Shown: positions 1 to 13,714, counted from the first letter of the whole stretch. The stretch is 62,969 nucleotides of DNA, filler included, from Parasitella parasitica NRRL 2501 (GCA_025201805.1; 10 parts of 10 records of this genome joined end to end with filler, not necessarily neighbours in it); one strand, 5' to 3'. Notes: generated by a model not told the origin, from the sequence alone. Translations and numbers: made by a program.

Positions 1-766
1 CACCCCCCAATAGAACGAAGGTCGAAAAATATCACCGAAGCGAAGCGAAGGTCGATTTTTTTCACCATAGTTCGGGGGGTGTATGAAAGCTCGTGTTTAT
101 TAAAAAAAAAGTTACTATCAACATTATTGCATTTTCATGTAAAAAACTAACAAAAACATATTGACCGGTAGAACTTTATGTTTAGGCCGAGAGGGTGAAG
201 AAACGAGATTTTCACCTTGATTCCATTGTAAAAGATTTCGCGGCCAACATTTCCTATGATTTTTTCATTAGCTGAAAAGCATCATTCCACTTGTAAATGC
301 CCCGTTGTAATTCCGCTACATTTGCTGACTAAAAGATGTTGGATACTAATGTTGACGATTCAGACCCTACTTTGATCGAAGAAAAGATATGATGGTTTAT
401 TAAACACATTAGAATGTTTCCAAGAGGAAATAGGCATTAAATTGATTGGAAATTAAGTGTTTGCAAACAATGCATGTCTTTTATCAACTGGATTGTAGAT
501 CCATACAGCCCAGCAATACGAAATATACGCAATATCCCACAACCTTCACATCAAGGGAAAATACCTAAAACACTATTGCCATCTTTCCAGCAGAGTTCCC
601 TTTTCTATCATAAAGATAAATGCTCCAAAAACGAATGTTGCCACATTCATGTGAAATGATATTTTAGGTCTCCGGAAGAAGCTGAATTCTCACGTTTAAT
701 AAGAATAATTGTGTTTCTGCTCTCTTTTTTGATTCCTTTCTGTTTTTCCTCTCCTTGTTTAAAACT

Positions 767-2044
767 ATGCCTTCGCCCCCAAAACCTTGGGAAATTAACA
801 GCGGAATAGCAGCATCAACACCAGTAGTATCTCAATCAACAGCACAGCCCATGACAGAAACAGCTACAGCCACAACAACGACAACAACTTCATCTACACC
901 AACAGTTCCCAACAGGCCCTCCACCATGGGTGCCATGGGCTTAGGAGGATTAGGCTCAAGTTATGGTAATAGTAAGTATCAAGAAAACAGTGGTAAAAAG
1001 ATAAAAAAAAAAAAATAGGAAAGCCATGGCTGATCTATTGACTTAGGCTATGGCACCTCATCTTATGGCATGGGCGGATACGGTACTTCGTATGGATCAA
1101 GTTATGGCACAGGAGGGTATGGTTCAAGCTACAGCAGTCCATATAGCCGTATGGGAATGGGAAGTCTTGGAAGCGGATACGGCACTGGTTATGGCTCATA
1201 TGGGTCGTATGGCGGTATGAATTCGTATAATCGATATGGAACTAGTGGCTATAATCGGTTTGGTGGAGGCATGTATGGCCCAGAAGGCGGGCCGGACGAA
1301 TTTGGATTAACACAGCGTATGGAAAGTAGCACTCGGGCAACATTTGATGTGATTGAGTCTATCGTGGGAGCCTTTGGGGGATTTGCACAAATGCTAGATT
1401 CTACATACATGGCAACACATTCGAGTTTTATGGCCATGGTAGGCGTTGCAGAGCAATTCGGAAATCTTAAACACTATTTGGGTGGAATTTTCAGCATTTT
1501 CGCATTGATACGTTGGATGAAACGGCTATTATATCGATTAACAGGAAGAACTCCACCGCCCGAATTATATGGACCTACAGAAGAAGAACGAGTGAATGCT
1601 GTGGAAGGGGAGGAAGCAGAAGCTCTCCAAATCACGGAAAATGGCGAGGTCACTGCAACTGCTGAGGCCGGAGAAGAACAGCACCAGGTTGCTCGTGTTT
1701 CCCGCAAACGCCCCATTATCATATTTCTGGCTTTGGTAACTGGCTTACCTTATCTCGTGTACAAATTAATTAAGAGATCGAATGAATACAACAGAGCAAG
1801 GCAGCAAAGAATGATGATACCGCAGTATGGAGGACCGCCACCTGAATTAGCTAGAGTAATGCATGATTTCACCGCTGAGAGTCCTGTAGAGTTGACGATT
1901 CACAGAGGGGAAATGATTCATGTTTTATCAAAGGTTGATCCAGCAACAGGGGGGCCATGCGATTGGTGGCAGGGAAGAACATCAAATGGCACAATTGGCA
2001 TTTTCCCTGCAAATTATGTACAAATTGAAAATCCAGGCTTCTAA
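767..2044 (+). CDS. PEX13: Peroxisomal membrane docking protein Pex13 (2 exons: 767-971, 1047-2044)
   Basis: N-terminal MPSPPKPWE motif, YG-rich region, Peroxin-13_N segment (ESIVGAFGGFAQMLDSTYMATHSSFMAMVGVAEQF), TM helix, C-terminal SH3 (HDF..ELT..WWQG..GIFPANYV). GT..AG intron 972-1046 joins the two ORFs in frame. Confidence 0.95.
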
Positions 2045-2112
2045 AAGATATACCTCTCTCTCTAATATTATTATACAAAAAATAAAAACTTTATTAACAA
2101 TGATATAAATAA

Positions 2113-4373
2113 CTACTGCTCATTAGATTGCGATGATGAAGGGTCTATCCGACTTCTTTTGCGGGATTCATTCAAAACTATAGCAACAGGATCAAAAACT
2201 TGCTGTGTTGTTTGATTCGATGTAGATGTGGGGATGGCCCAAGTAAATTTGCCGTCGTTTGGAATGATAGCAGGCGGTGGATCTTGTTGCTGTGGTTGCT
2301 GCTGTGGCCAAAACGTCACATTTGGTATATCGTTATTGGTAATATTGTTGTACTCTCCATTCGATATGTCCGTAGGGACAGAATTCATGGTGACAGGATA
2401 TGGATAAGCTCCCAAAGGAAACGCACTTTGTGTGGAAGACGGTGTGCTGACGTTGGTGCTGGATGGCACTGAGGAATACGCAGGTGTGGGATGCTGCTTC
2501 TGAGATTCAGATGGTGATGATGTTGAAGATGAGACTAAGGGCTCTTCTTTGACCGTATTAGCGGTGCTGCTACCTATTGGTAACAGATTGATCCCTAAGG
2601 CTTGCGGTATAAATGTAGAACTGGACGAATCTAAGCCTTGTACTCTTTGTATGGCCTTTAAATGAGCACAGTACTTTTCTAACATTTGGTATAAAGTACG
2701 TTTTGAAAATGGCTTTGGCAAGATATCTGTCATGCCGCTCCCAATGTACTGCATAATATCATTATCGGTGAAATTTGATGTCATCGAAATGATGGGCGTT
2801 AATGCATCATATTGTCGAATGCTTCTGGTGGCCGAAATGCCATCCATTTTGGGCATGACGATGTCCTACAATGTCAAATGTTAATAAACAGAGATGTCTG
2901 TATTCTCCAGACATTTACCATGAGGATCAAATCATATTTTTGTAATCCCATTTTCTTGAGCGCTTCCACGCCGTCTTTTGCTAAATCGATAGTACAGCCG
3001 ATCACTTGAAGTAGTTTGCCACTAAGGTCACGATAAACAGAATCATCATCCACCAGCAATATGCGAGGAGGCACAGTCCAGCTGACCTGAGATGAAGAGG
3101 CAGACGATGAAGATGCAGATGTCGTTGGTGGATTTTTACGCTTGATACCGGTTGGTCTTTGCAGCGATGTTCCTAATGTTGGTGTTTGATCTGCAGCCAT
3201 GATCTCAATGGCAGGTTGGTTATCACGAACAGACATATTCGATGAAAGTCTTCCCAGCGTAACAAATGTCAGGCCGTCTGCTGTCTTGAGTGGAGATCCA
3301 ATTAAGCTGCCTGCATTCATACTGGCTGCAGCTGCTGCTGCAGATACGGTTTCAGTATCTGCGTTTGTGGGTGGTGGTAGTGGTTGCGTTGGTAACTGCT
3401 GTAACTTTACAATCGATTTATGCACAGGCACGGCTACAGGTTGATATAACGTTTTGTTCTCATGATTTACAGGTAATATGCCAAGATGTTTGTTTAAATT
3501 GTTTATCTGCTCCTTATTTGAATCTGCTATTTGACAGTAAGAATCTAGCAAACGCTGTGCTTGTGGTGCTGATGATGGGTCGTTTTCCGTAACTGATTTT
3601 AAAATTTTCTTTAAAATATCGTCTTTTGCCACCATATTCTTACTGAATTCGCATAACTCGATTATGATCTGATTATCTGTTTGTTTCAATCTATTGATTT
3701 TGTCCTCCACTGTAGCTCGTGATTTCTTCAATTGATCAATTTGAGCTTGTAAATTGGCACCAATGTTTCGTATTTCTTGAATGGAGTTTATATTAGGCGG
3801 CATGCTATCAATTTTTTTCATTATATCTTGTGGCACATTGTTTGGTGATTCGTCTTTCTTTTGTTTATTGCCGGGTGTCTTTCTTTTAATGTCTTCTAGA
3901 AGATCTTTGCGATCTCTTATGAACTTCGGGTGAACAAACTCCCAAGCCTACAGAGTTTAAATGAGAAAAACATGTCTCATTGTTTATTTTACAATCAATC
4001 TACCTGATCCCCGTACGGTTTATGACCATCATCGCTGTTTCTTACTTTATGGAAATCGTACTTATTCAACTGACGTACAAAGCTTGCAAAATTACAATGC
4101 TTAAAATGCTTGGGCAATATAGTTCTAGAGAACTCATTAGTGTCTTTTACGATAAATGTTGTTCCTTTATCGTTCCAGCAAAATATATCTTTGAATGCTT
4201 TGTTTTCCAGCATCCTAGAAAAGAAAAGAAAAATTAATTTATCCATCATATTGCAAAATTGCGATTCAGTTTTACCTAAATAATTTCTGGATAAATTCGG
4301 GTACAGAACCAGGATTTTCGCTGATCTTTGTTGATGTTTTTGCATGTTTCATGATTGCTTTATTTTTTGACAT
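2113..4373 (-). CDS. SKN7: HSF-type DNA-binding domain + receiver-domain response regulator (Skn7/Prr1 family), multi-exon
   Basis: Spliced start MSKNKAIMK..VPEFIQKLFRMLE; HSF motif ILPKHFKHCNFASFVRQLNKYDFHKV; coiled coil; receiver domain ILLVDDD..YDLILM|DIVMPKMDG..TPIISMT..ILPKPF. Confidence 0.92.
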
Positions 4374-5040
4374 GATAAAAAGATCATGCCCTTCAGTAAT
4401 TGGGAAGAAAAAGAAATGAAAAAGAATGGGTGAAAATAAGGAAAAAAAGAAACAGCTATCTCTTTTGTCAGACAGTCACTTGCTTTTCATGTTGATACAG
4501 TTTGTCAAGGAAAGAACAAATGCCTCTAATACGGTAAAGTGCTTTTCATTCTTTGAAAGCCAGTTATCGTTAAGTTGACATAATCGAATGAGACTTTATC
4601 TTTTTTGCATCTAAAAACTGTTATATGTCATGTCAGATATCAGGACTCATGCACTTGTCAAAAACATGTTTGGGGTTATGACATGGCGGTTCCACAACAT
4701 GCAATGTTGCAAGTATCTGCAAAATTTTAAACTCTTTACTGGAAACCACTAAAATGTTTCTCCTAAGATGTTCTGTGCTCTAAATCCAGTATTCTACCCC
4801 CCATCGAATTCTTAAATATTGTAAACAAATTATTCATTTGTATTTGCACACGCAGTTGTACATAAAATTCCCAGTACTGCTGACCAGTAGTAACTTCACC
4901 ACGCTACGTAATATTTTGTGAATTTAATACAGATCAGATGGTACAGTTGGACTGGCAACCTCTACTATAAGTTATTCTTTAAATGACTTTGCATTCCGCA
5001 GGAGTAACGCGAGAGAATTTATCACAGATAGCGTAAAAAT

Positions 5041-5165
5041 TTATAGATATTGATAAAAACATGCATGCCAATGTAGTTGCCAGAAAGCGCCAAGTCAATG
5101 CTAAGTTTTCCAAGTTAGATCTCGGTTCTACTGTCATTTTAGCACAAGTTATGAGCAAATATCTA
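5041..5165. repeat. Dispersed repeat, inverted copy at ~25318-25443 (probable DNA-transposon remnant)
   Basis: Shared TTATAGATAT..AAAAACAT..GTCAA.GCTAAGTTTTCCAAGTTAG..TTTTAGCACAA.TTA.GAGCAAATATCT. Confidence 0.7.
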
Positions 5166-5360
5166 TATATATGTGCTCATAAATGGATATTCACCATCCA
5201 TCAAAACGTACTCTTACCATGTAAAGTTGTAATTTATACATGTTTTTATTATTAACTCATTGAAATCGATTGGTGCCACATTGGGGGCTTTTCTCTTGCA
5301 GTTTAGGCAATATGTATATATAATTTGCTGTATGGTTAATAGAATAATTCCCATTACTGT

Positions 5361-6300
5361 TTATTGCCAAGCAGGCGCTCCATACTGTTGCTGAGGTGGG
5401 TAAGCCATTGGATATCCAGTAGGGCCACCCATAGGTGGAGGAGGTGGAGGGGGTCTAAAGCCACCAACGGCGTTCACAGAGTAATTTTGCATAATAGGTT
5501 GTTGAACAGGAACAGGTGTATGTGATCCAGCACCTATGGCCGGTGCCATAGGAGGACCACCAGAGTATAACCGATTTGGCATCTGTACATTCTTCCTTGC
5601 CTCCGCTGCCAGTAATCTCTCTGCTGCAGAGCCATGCTTCTCACCTTTGCCATCCTTCTTGAATGCGTATGATACTGAAATTTGTTTGTTCATTAAATAC
5701 TGTCCTTCCATGGCATCAATAGCCGCATCGGCAGATTCGAAATTATCAAAACTAACAAAACCAAATCCTTTTGCTGCTCCAGTCTCTAAATCTCTTGATA
5801 TCTTCGGCGTGTTTACAATTAAGCCAAATGCGCTGAAAGTATCGTATAAAAGCTTCTCATCAACTTCAGGATCCAAGTTGCCAATGAATAATGTCGCTCC
5901 CACATCCAAATTCTTTTTATCTGAAGTTGCCTAGATAATATTGTTTAGCTTGTCAACGAAAACGCAATAAAATCCCAAAACATACCTTATTAACGCGAAT
6001 AGGCTTACCATAAAGTCGAACTTGATTCATAATTTTGATCGCATAGTCAGCATCCTCTTCGGTTAAAAACTCAACAAACCCATAACTTTGATGTGTCTGT
6101 GTCACTCGGTCCTTTGGTAGATGTACATTAACTACAAGATACCCATTTGATAAATATGACGCTAATTCTCAAGAATACCTTTGCTTACCAACAGGTCCAG
6201 CTTGTAACATTAATTCCCAAACTAGGGACTCAGTACACCTTTCGTCGAGATTACCAATATATATGGTGGCTTCTTGATTGCGTTCTATCTGCTGTGCCAT
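5361..6300 (-). CDS. HSH49: U2 snRNP SF3b subunit 4 (two RRMs, Pro-rich tail), multi-exon
   Basis: Spliced start [20 protein letters not shown]; [18 protein letters not shown]; second [31 protein letters not shown]; [18 protein letters not shown]. Confidence 0.95.
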
Positions 6301-6647
6301 AGTATCTAATTATATTGATTTGAAGTAAAGGAAGAGTTTGAAAGGTCAAATTTGAGAAAAAAAAAATTGCCAGTTTTTATAAGAAGGGGATGATGTCACT
6401 TGAATGCAGTTTAGCGTGTAGCGATATGAGGGCTGTTCGAACACTGTCATGGTTGAAACAGTTAGACGATGCGGTGCAAATGTGCCTTGAAACTCATTGC
6501 ATTCACACATACTTTGAGTAAATCGGATAGACTGAGCCATTGTAATCTTACGAAATATGGCAGATCCAAAAAAAAAACAAAAAAAAAAAAAATAAGAAAA
6601 TAAGAAAAAAAGTCAAATGTCCTCTTTTTACGTTAGGAAACATAAAC

Positions 6648-7688
6648 ATGGTAAAGTTGTACGCTTTCGGTTCAAACGGAAGTGGACAGCTTGGAATAGG
6701 TCATACGGAGGACACCAGTACACCTACACAATGTCTTGGTTTACCATCCGATGACCCTATCGTAAAAGTTTCTGGCGGTGGCAATCACTCAGCAGTGTTG
6801 ACCAAACAAGGACGTATTTATATGGCTGGATTATCACAGTTTGGAGAAGATCATATGAAGAAACTATCTCAAAATTCAGATCAAGACAACAAAGACTGGC
6901 TATGCTATCAAAGACGGTTTGATTCATTGAAATGGAAAGATGTTGTCTGTGGGTGGGCATTCAATATTGCATTATCGAGCACTGGGAAATTGTATGGCGT
7001 AGGAACCAGCCGTTGGAATGAATTGGCTGGGCCCAGCACAGAGAATCTTGTTGAATTGGACATTAATCTGACGGATATTGTATCTGTAGCATGCGGCTGG
7101 CGTCATGTAGTAGCATTAAATGTACATGGACAGGCGTATGGATGGGGCTGGGGCCGACATGGCCAACTAGGTCCTTCAGATGAGCCTCAAGCAGACAAGA
7201 GGAATATTCGACATGTGCAAAAAATATATATGCCCCAGCCTATAGTTCAAATTGCGTGTGGACATTTACACACATTACTTAGAGGTCAGGATGGTACTGT
7301 TTATGCACTTGGATCAAACAAATATGGCCAGTTGGGGGCTACAGGCGACAATCATATTATGTTTAATCATACTGCCTCTTGGATTAATGCTGGTTGGCAT
7401 CATAGCGCTATCCTGGATAGCAGTGGAAAATTGGAATTATTTGGTCGCAATGATCATGGTCAGTTGGGCCAGGCACCAGAAAATCGTCAATTTTCTCAGA
7501 TTGTGTGTGGATCCGAGCATACGATTGCTATTACCAAGGATACAAACCAAGTGTTGACGTGGGGATGGAATGAGCATGGAAACTGTACTTCTGACAGAGA
7601 CTTTGTAAGCGATGCCATCATCCTGGATCAATTTGCACAGGCAAATATCATAGGAGCGGGGTGTGCAACATCATGGATAGGACTCTAA
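6648..7688 (+). CDS. RCC1/BLIP-II repeat beta-propeller protein (Ats1/Kti13 - SERGEF-like)
   Basis: Single 346-aa ORF with repeated G-S-N-x-x-G-Q-L-G / (A)CG-x-x-H motifs; starts LYAFGSNGSGQLGIGH and ends WGWNEHGNC..IGAGCATSW, typical of Ats1/SERGEF. Confidence 0.85.
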   Translation: MVKLYAFGSNGSGQLGIGHTEDTSTPTQCLGLPSDDPIVKVSGGGNHSAVLTKQGRIYMAGLSQFGEDHMKKLSQNSDQDNKDWLCYQRRFDSLKWKDVVCGWAFNIALSSTGKLYGVGTSRWNELAGPSTENLVELDINLTDIVSVACGWRHVVALNVHGQAYGWGWGRHGQLGPSDEPQADKRNIRHVQKIYMPQPIVQIACGHLHTLLRGQDGTVYALGSNKYGQLGATGDNHIMFNHTASWINAGWHHSAILDSSGKLELFGRNDHGQLGQAPENRQFSQIVCGSEHTIAITKDTNQVLTWGWNEHGNCTSDRDFVSDAIILDQFAQANIIGAGCATSWIGL

Positions 7689-7987
7689 TTAATAGTGCTT
7701 CTTGTTCTTCTCACGCACATAGTCTCTTGTCTTTTCTTCCTTTCTGTTTTCTCCTCTATATTTCTTAGTTCTGATTAAATCCGAAAATGTGGTTTTATAA
7801 TCTAACTTGTCACCGTGGGATTTCTTCTGCAATCAATCCAGCGAGGAAGTCCATCATTCGCGGAACTACAAAGAGCATTACTCATTCTGTATTCACAGCA
7901 CTAAATAATAAACCCCTGGCAGCTCCTGTACCTTTTTTTCATTTTTCTTTTCAGCGTTGCAACTACAACCACTCTAGACTCTACACT

Positions 7988-9212
7988 ATGGCTTCGCAAC
8001 CCCGTTTACTGACAGGTAAGGAATTGCAACGCCCATTTTAATTGCACTGACAGCTTTTGTTAGTTGGCACCGGTGCTGTTGGCGCCATTTATTCTTGGAG
8101 ACTTTCTCAAACCTGCAATGTTACTGCAGTCTGTCGCTCCAACTACGAGACTGTAAAAAAGGACGGATTCGATATTGACTCTGCTAAATTTGGAAAGGAC
8201 ACATTTCGTCCTCATCATGGTAAAATAAAAAACTGTCAATTTTTATTTATCAAGAAAGCAAGTCTAAATCAATGCGTCTCTTTTAGTTGCACGCACTGTT
8301 TCTGAATGTGTTACATCGGTGCCATTTGATTATATTCTCGTCACATTGAAGGCTTTGCCCGAATGTTACAATGTTGCTGACATTATTGCTCCTGCTGTAA
8401 CCAAGGATACAACCATTGTCTTGATCCAAAATGGGCTCGGCATCGAGGAGCCAATTACCGATAGATTTCCTGATAATCCCATTGTATCTATTGTTGCATA
8501 TATTGGCACTTCTCAGACAGAACCTGGTAAAATCAAGATGGTTGGCAAGGAGTCCTTGGTTGTAGGAAAATATCTTGGAGCAAAGACGGATTCAGAAAAG
8601 CAGCGTGCTGAGTTGATCGAGCTTCTGAGGAAGGGCAATGTAGACGTTCAAATTGTTGATGATGTCGAAACAGTTCGCTGGCAAAAGCTGTTTTGGTAAC
8701 ATTAGTGGGGCATATTTTGAGGGTTGGCGCTTTTACTGACATAACATTTCTTTCATTTCTATTCTTCAGGAACGCCCCGTTCTCTTCAGTCTGTGCAATG
8801 ACTGGAATGAACACAACTGAGCTTTTGGGCAATGATGAGGCTATGAAAGCAGTCAAGTGCATTATGGAAGAAGTGATTGATGCCGCTATTGCAAATGGTT
8901 ATCAGTTTGACCATAAAGAACAGATGCATAATATGATTACTAGAACTGAAGCTACAGCTAAAAATTATAAACCATCCATGTAAGCGTAACTATAATATCC
9001 AATACTTACAAGAGAAACTAATCGGCATTGTTAAAAGGCAATTGGATAAAGAACGTGGCAGCCCTATGGAAATTGAAGTCATCCTCGGTACTCCTTTAAG
9101 AAGAGCAAAAGCCAAAGGTTTATCAGTGCCTCATTTGGAGCTGATTCACTCTCTTTGCAGTGCCACAAACGCCCAGATTATGAACCAACAAAGCAAGAAA
9201 TCGCAATTGTAA
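7988..9212 (+). CDS. 2-dehydropantoate 2-reductase (ketopantoate reductase PanE/ApbA family), 5 exons
   Basis: VGTGAVGAIY Rossmann motif, FDYILVTLKALP, IVLIQNGLGIEE, RWQKLFW|NAPFS, YKPSM|QLDKERGSPMEIEVILG; stop TAA 9210-9212. Confidence 0.9.
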
Positions 9213-9689
9213 ATGATCAATAAAGGTTTTTATTTATTGACTCTACCGAAACTCGATACAGACTATCAAAATGTTTTTACGCTTTTCACGGGAAATGTTA
9301 GTTTTGAAGACCAACCGATGAGATATATATGTTTTTATGTAGCTTTCCATTCTGGCTAGATTACTAGTAGATACTTTCATAATATTAGCAATAAGCTTTG
9401 GCTTTAATTGAATTGTGTGATGATAAAAATAAAATTTATTCTTCTTCTAAGGAATTTATGGCTGACATTCTGCTGTGCTTAGGATTCAGTTAACAGATAA
9501 ACGAACATTTCATAATTGAAGTAATCTTTTAGCATGGTTCAGGTGAATAAATTTTGGTCGCACAATCATGTCGGAAACGAATTACTGTTACATCTTGCAA
9601 TAAAAATTCTCGTCAACTGAAGGACAGACAAGGAGAGCCAACACACACACCTATCTTTGCTCTTGTTTACTAGAAAAAAACATTGCAAA

Positions 9690-11287
9690 ATGAATGTATT
9701 TGAGACGTGCTTTGCAAAGAAACGCTCGGATATCTACCTCCCAGAGGATGATGGAGAAGATGATGACGATAATGTCAATAGAATGTGCTGCTGTTTTGAT
9801 TTCAGGGGCAATCAAAGACAGGGTTTGATTCAGTTGCCAACAAACAACAACAACAGCCAGAGAACCATTGACGATTATTTAGACCCAAGATCTCCTGTCA
9901 GTATAGAAGTTTTACTGCAAGAACAAGAAGAAGAACTGGACCATTATTATGGGCAAACTGATGATGAAGATGGGTACCATGGCCCACAGAAAAAATTCAG
10001 CCCTTTTGATCTAAATTTCGAAAATACCAACGCTTCGTTCTTTGAGGAAGAGGATGCACAGTTTATATCAGAGCATCGCATATCTGCAATACTCGATGAC
10101 TGCCGCAAGGTATAACAATAGTTTGTTACCGTTTACGAGTAAATAACCGTTATGTTATAGTCAACTGATCTACAAATTCCCGAGGATATCCTAAACCAGG
10201 AAATGCTGGAGGAGGTGGTGTCAGCACCAACAAAAAGAAGCAGTACGGCTAATGTAAGCAATAGAAGATTTGCCTTTAAAATGGTCCAACCCGAAGAAGA
10301 AACAGAAAGCAATACAGAGATACCACTATCAGCATCACCCCAAGAATTAAGCAGCATTAATAATACCTGTAAGCCCTATACCTCTTCAGTGATATCGCTG
10401 TCTGCTTCGTCATCTCTGTCTACTACTTCAGCTTCCTTGCCATCAACAACCCATAAATTAGCAGAAACTGTAATAGAACGAGGGGTCGTTGAGAAAGGAG
10501 AGTCTGTATCACCCGCAAATGCAGTAGCATTAGATTTATCTGGTCCATCCTCTGGTAACTATAGTATTCCTGCTGGTTCACAAAATACACAGCGGCAAAA
10601 GCACGGTGAATTTCCCGCAACAACATTAACTAGAGTACCTTATCAACCATTACCGCCTCCATTGCATACGACTGATAAACTACAGACATCGACCTCTTCG
10701 TCAACCTATACACAACGCCAATCTAGCGGGCGTAGGCCTTCCCTTGTAACAACTGCACAAACTATTCTAGGTGATAAATTAGACGATTTCACTGAGAAAC
10801 TGGCTTTTATAAAAAAGAATATCATTATGAGTCTCGATAGTGATGATGAAGATCATTACTACAATGCAGATAGCAAAAAAGCGGGATCTGCAGGAAAAAG
10901 GTGAATAATGCAAGGTTCAAAGATACTAGCACATATTAATTTGCGAATAGCGATCGAAATTCAAGCATTTCCAACGGCAGCAGCGCATCATTACCGTCTC
11001 CTCTACCTCTTAGAACTTCATCTATGACTAACAATAGTGCTGATAGAAAGCTTTTTAACGCTCAACATGATAGCGACGAAGAGGAGGAAGAGATCTTTGA
11101 CTTTAGTAAAGTAGTTGCAATTAGGAAAAATATGCGTACGTTTGGAGAAGGCATGATGGACAATGGACTTCGTATGTTCAATAGTTTGTCTACCCGTATC
11201 AAGAATGCTCAACAACAGCAACAGCAGCACCAGCACCAGAATGTTGAACTAAATACCAATGATGAGACGCTTCATGTACGTTTTTAA
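9690..11287 (+). CDS. Hypothetical low-complexity/disordered protein (3 exons)
   Basis: Three consecutive + ORFs joined by plausible GT-AG introns (~10110-10160, ~10901-10950); acidic and Ser-rich; short possibly conserved block LGDKLDDFTEKLAFIKKNIIMSLDSDDE. Confidence 0.7.
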
Positions 11288-11534
11288 TTTGAGACAAAAT
11301 AAACATTTATCGTTGTATCATCTACGAGCTTGTCAATCCTCTTTAAGACAGTGGCACTGTATGACCTTTTGATTACATTCGCGTTGCATCAGAGAGTGTT
11401 ACTCTAAAGGCCTTCCTAATATAGTCAATCACCGAGAAAACGAGTTACCGTACAATCGAGACATTAATAAACATTAAGTTTGTCTCGTAAAGCAATCGTT
11501 TTTCTTTTTACTTTCGTATCGATCTCTACAAGCA

Positions 11535-12786
11535 ATGTCTGTGGAAGATAAGGTAATTATTGTTCATGGTGGAACATCTGGTAAATAAGACAATTTATCT
11601 GTCGATTTTATACATATGCATTGCTAATGATGCCGGCCTATTTAGGCATAGGCAAAGAATTAGTATTGACCTTGGTCTCTAAAAAGTAATTAAGAAGCCT
11701 TAATTTTTTCTACTGAATCATTCTAATGCCAAATATTACTCATATCAGGGCTAATGTAATCTTCACTGGTACAAGTAAACAGAAGGGCGAAGCTGTGATT
11801 GAGGCGTTGAATAATGTATATAAAGGGAAGAGGTACATGTAGGGTATAAAAATATAGGAGAGGCCCACTTTAATTAACCAGCACGTTCCACAGATCACAT
11901 AATGCATTTTTCTACAATATGGATATTACAGATTGGAAAGCGCAAGAAGAAATCTACGATTTTGCCAAAGAATGCTACAACAAGCCAATTAGTATTGTCG
12001 TTATTGTAGCAGGAGTTTTGGATTCCTCCAGCCTAACACATGACAACGAGCAAGGTTTGAGATTTATATACAGCAGACACAAATATCAGTAATAGCTCAT
12101 CATTCGCACATAGATGGGCATTATCGAACAATAGAAGTCAATCTCACAGCGGCTATAAAGGCCAACAGACTTGCTATACAATATTTTTTGAAAGCGAAAT
12201 TGGCGGGGTGTATCATCAACACCTCCTCAGTGTACGGTTTAGGACCTGCTCCAACTAACCCCATCTATGCCGCATCAAAACATGCTGTAATTTGAAAAAG
12301 TCAACTTTTATCAATGAATTTTTAAGTGTTTATTGACCATAGATTGTTGGATTGACTAAAAGCTATGGAAATCTACTTCGTTCTACCAACGTTCGAGTTA
12401 ACGCAATCGCTCCACATTTTGTAGGCATGTTTGCAGATCATGCAAAACCAACAAGAGGCTAATCTCATTCATTATTATTAGAGACTCCCTTTCTACCAGG
12501 AGAAACGGTTAAAGTAGCTAATAAATTTGGTATGGTCCCTATGAATAGTTGCATAGATGCATATCTATACGCCATCACAGATGAATCTTTAAACGGTTAG
12601 TTAGTTATGCATACCAGTCGACTATTCCTAATATATGATAACAAAATAGGTGACATTATCAACGTCTCACCTTATGGCAGAACTATTGAACCGCGCTTTT
12701 CAGATCCTGTAATAGAAAGACTGGATTTGATGTGCAATAAACGAAGAGAGGAAGTTCTTGGCGCAATATTAGATCACTTTCGATAG
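11535..12786 (+). CDS. Short-chain dehydrogenase/reductase (15-hydroxyprostaglandin-DH-like classical SDR), ~8 exons, absent from ORF track
   Basis: Manual splicing gives MSVEDKVIIVHGGTSG|IGKELV..DITDW..VAGV..IEVNL..IINTSSVYG..PIYAASKHA|IVGLTKS..VRVNAIAPHFV|ETP..DHFR*. Contains the GxxxGIG cofactor motif, catalytic S and YxxxK. Confidence 0.88.
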
Positions 12787-13652
12787 TGATTTTGTGGAGA
12801 TAAAACATATGGCACACAAATTACTTTTTTTGAAAAGCAACATCATCGAATGCTTGTTACATACTTATTTACAGTAAACATTCAGTCCATGTTGCTTGAT
12901 AAATGCATTCGGAAAGCCTCCGCCATCGAAAACGCGCAGAAACATTCCAATCACATTAAGATACACTATGATCCTGAGCATGCACCTGTCGCTTTTACTT
13001 TGTTTGTATTTCACAACACTGTAGTATGTTAGCCGCGAACATCTTGTTCAGGGATTTTACTCCCATGTTACCTTCATGAATATCTCTGTTGAAGCATGAG
13101 ATATATGAAGTATTACATTTGCATGATTTGTAGTATTCATTATATCATCTCCCAAATTGTACTTGTGATATCACACTTTTGAAGTGTTCAAGAGTTGGCC
13201 CACAATTTCATAGTAATATTTGTTAATTTACTATCACAATGTCAAATACAGGCATAGCTTAAAACACTCGAGAGATTGTTATTTTGCTCAGATGCATTGT
13301 TCACAAATGGTAGAATTGCTGTTTTCTACCTTATCTATATTAAGATTTCTGCATTAGTTTGTAGACGAATTATTTATCATAGTTTTAAGGAAAGCAAACA
13401 TTAAAAGCAAGCATTATACCGTAAAAGCTAAAGATTATTTGTATATATGGCCATGGGATATGTAAATATTCATCTTGTTCATACACAAGCTGTCCTGGTT
13501 TTTTTTGTAATTGCATAACCAAGCTATATCATTTTGTATTGCTTGCAATGTTTCTCATTCAAGTATGTGCATACATATATATCTTAAGATAGGAATCGCC
13601 AGTATGTGGGCATGTGGCAAGCCTAAGAACGTAGAAAACATTTCACTTGTGG

Positions 13653-13660
13653 TATAAATA
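13653..13660 (+). promoter_or_regulatory. TATA box of DUF3472 gene
   Basis: TATAAATA ~55 bp upstream of the ATG at 13715. Confidence 0.5.
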
Positions 13661-13714
13661 GCGGTTCGTTTTGATAACAAGAGTAGTATATTATCGACAT
13701 AGTCTTATTACATT

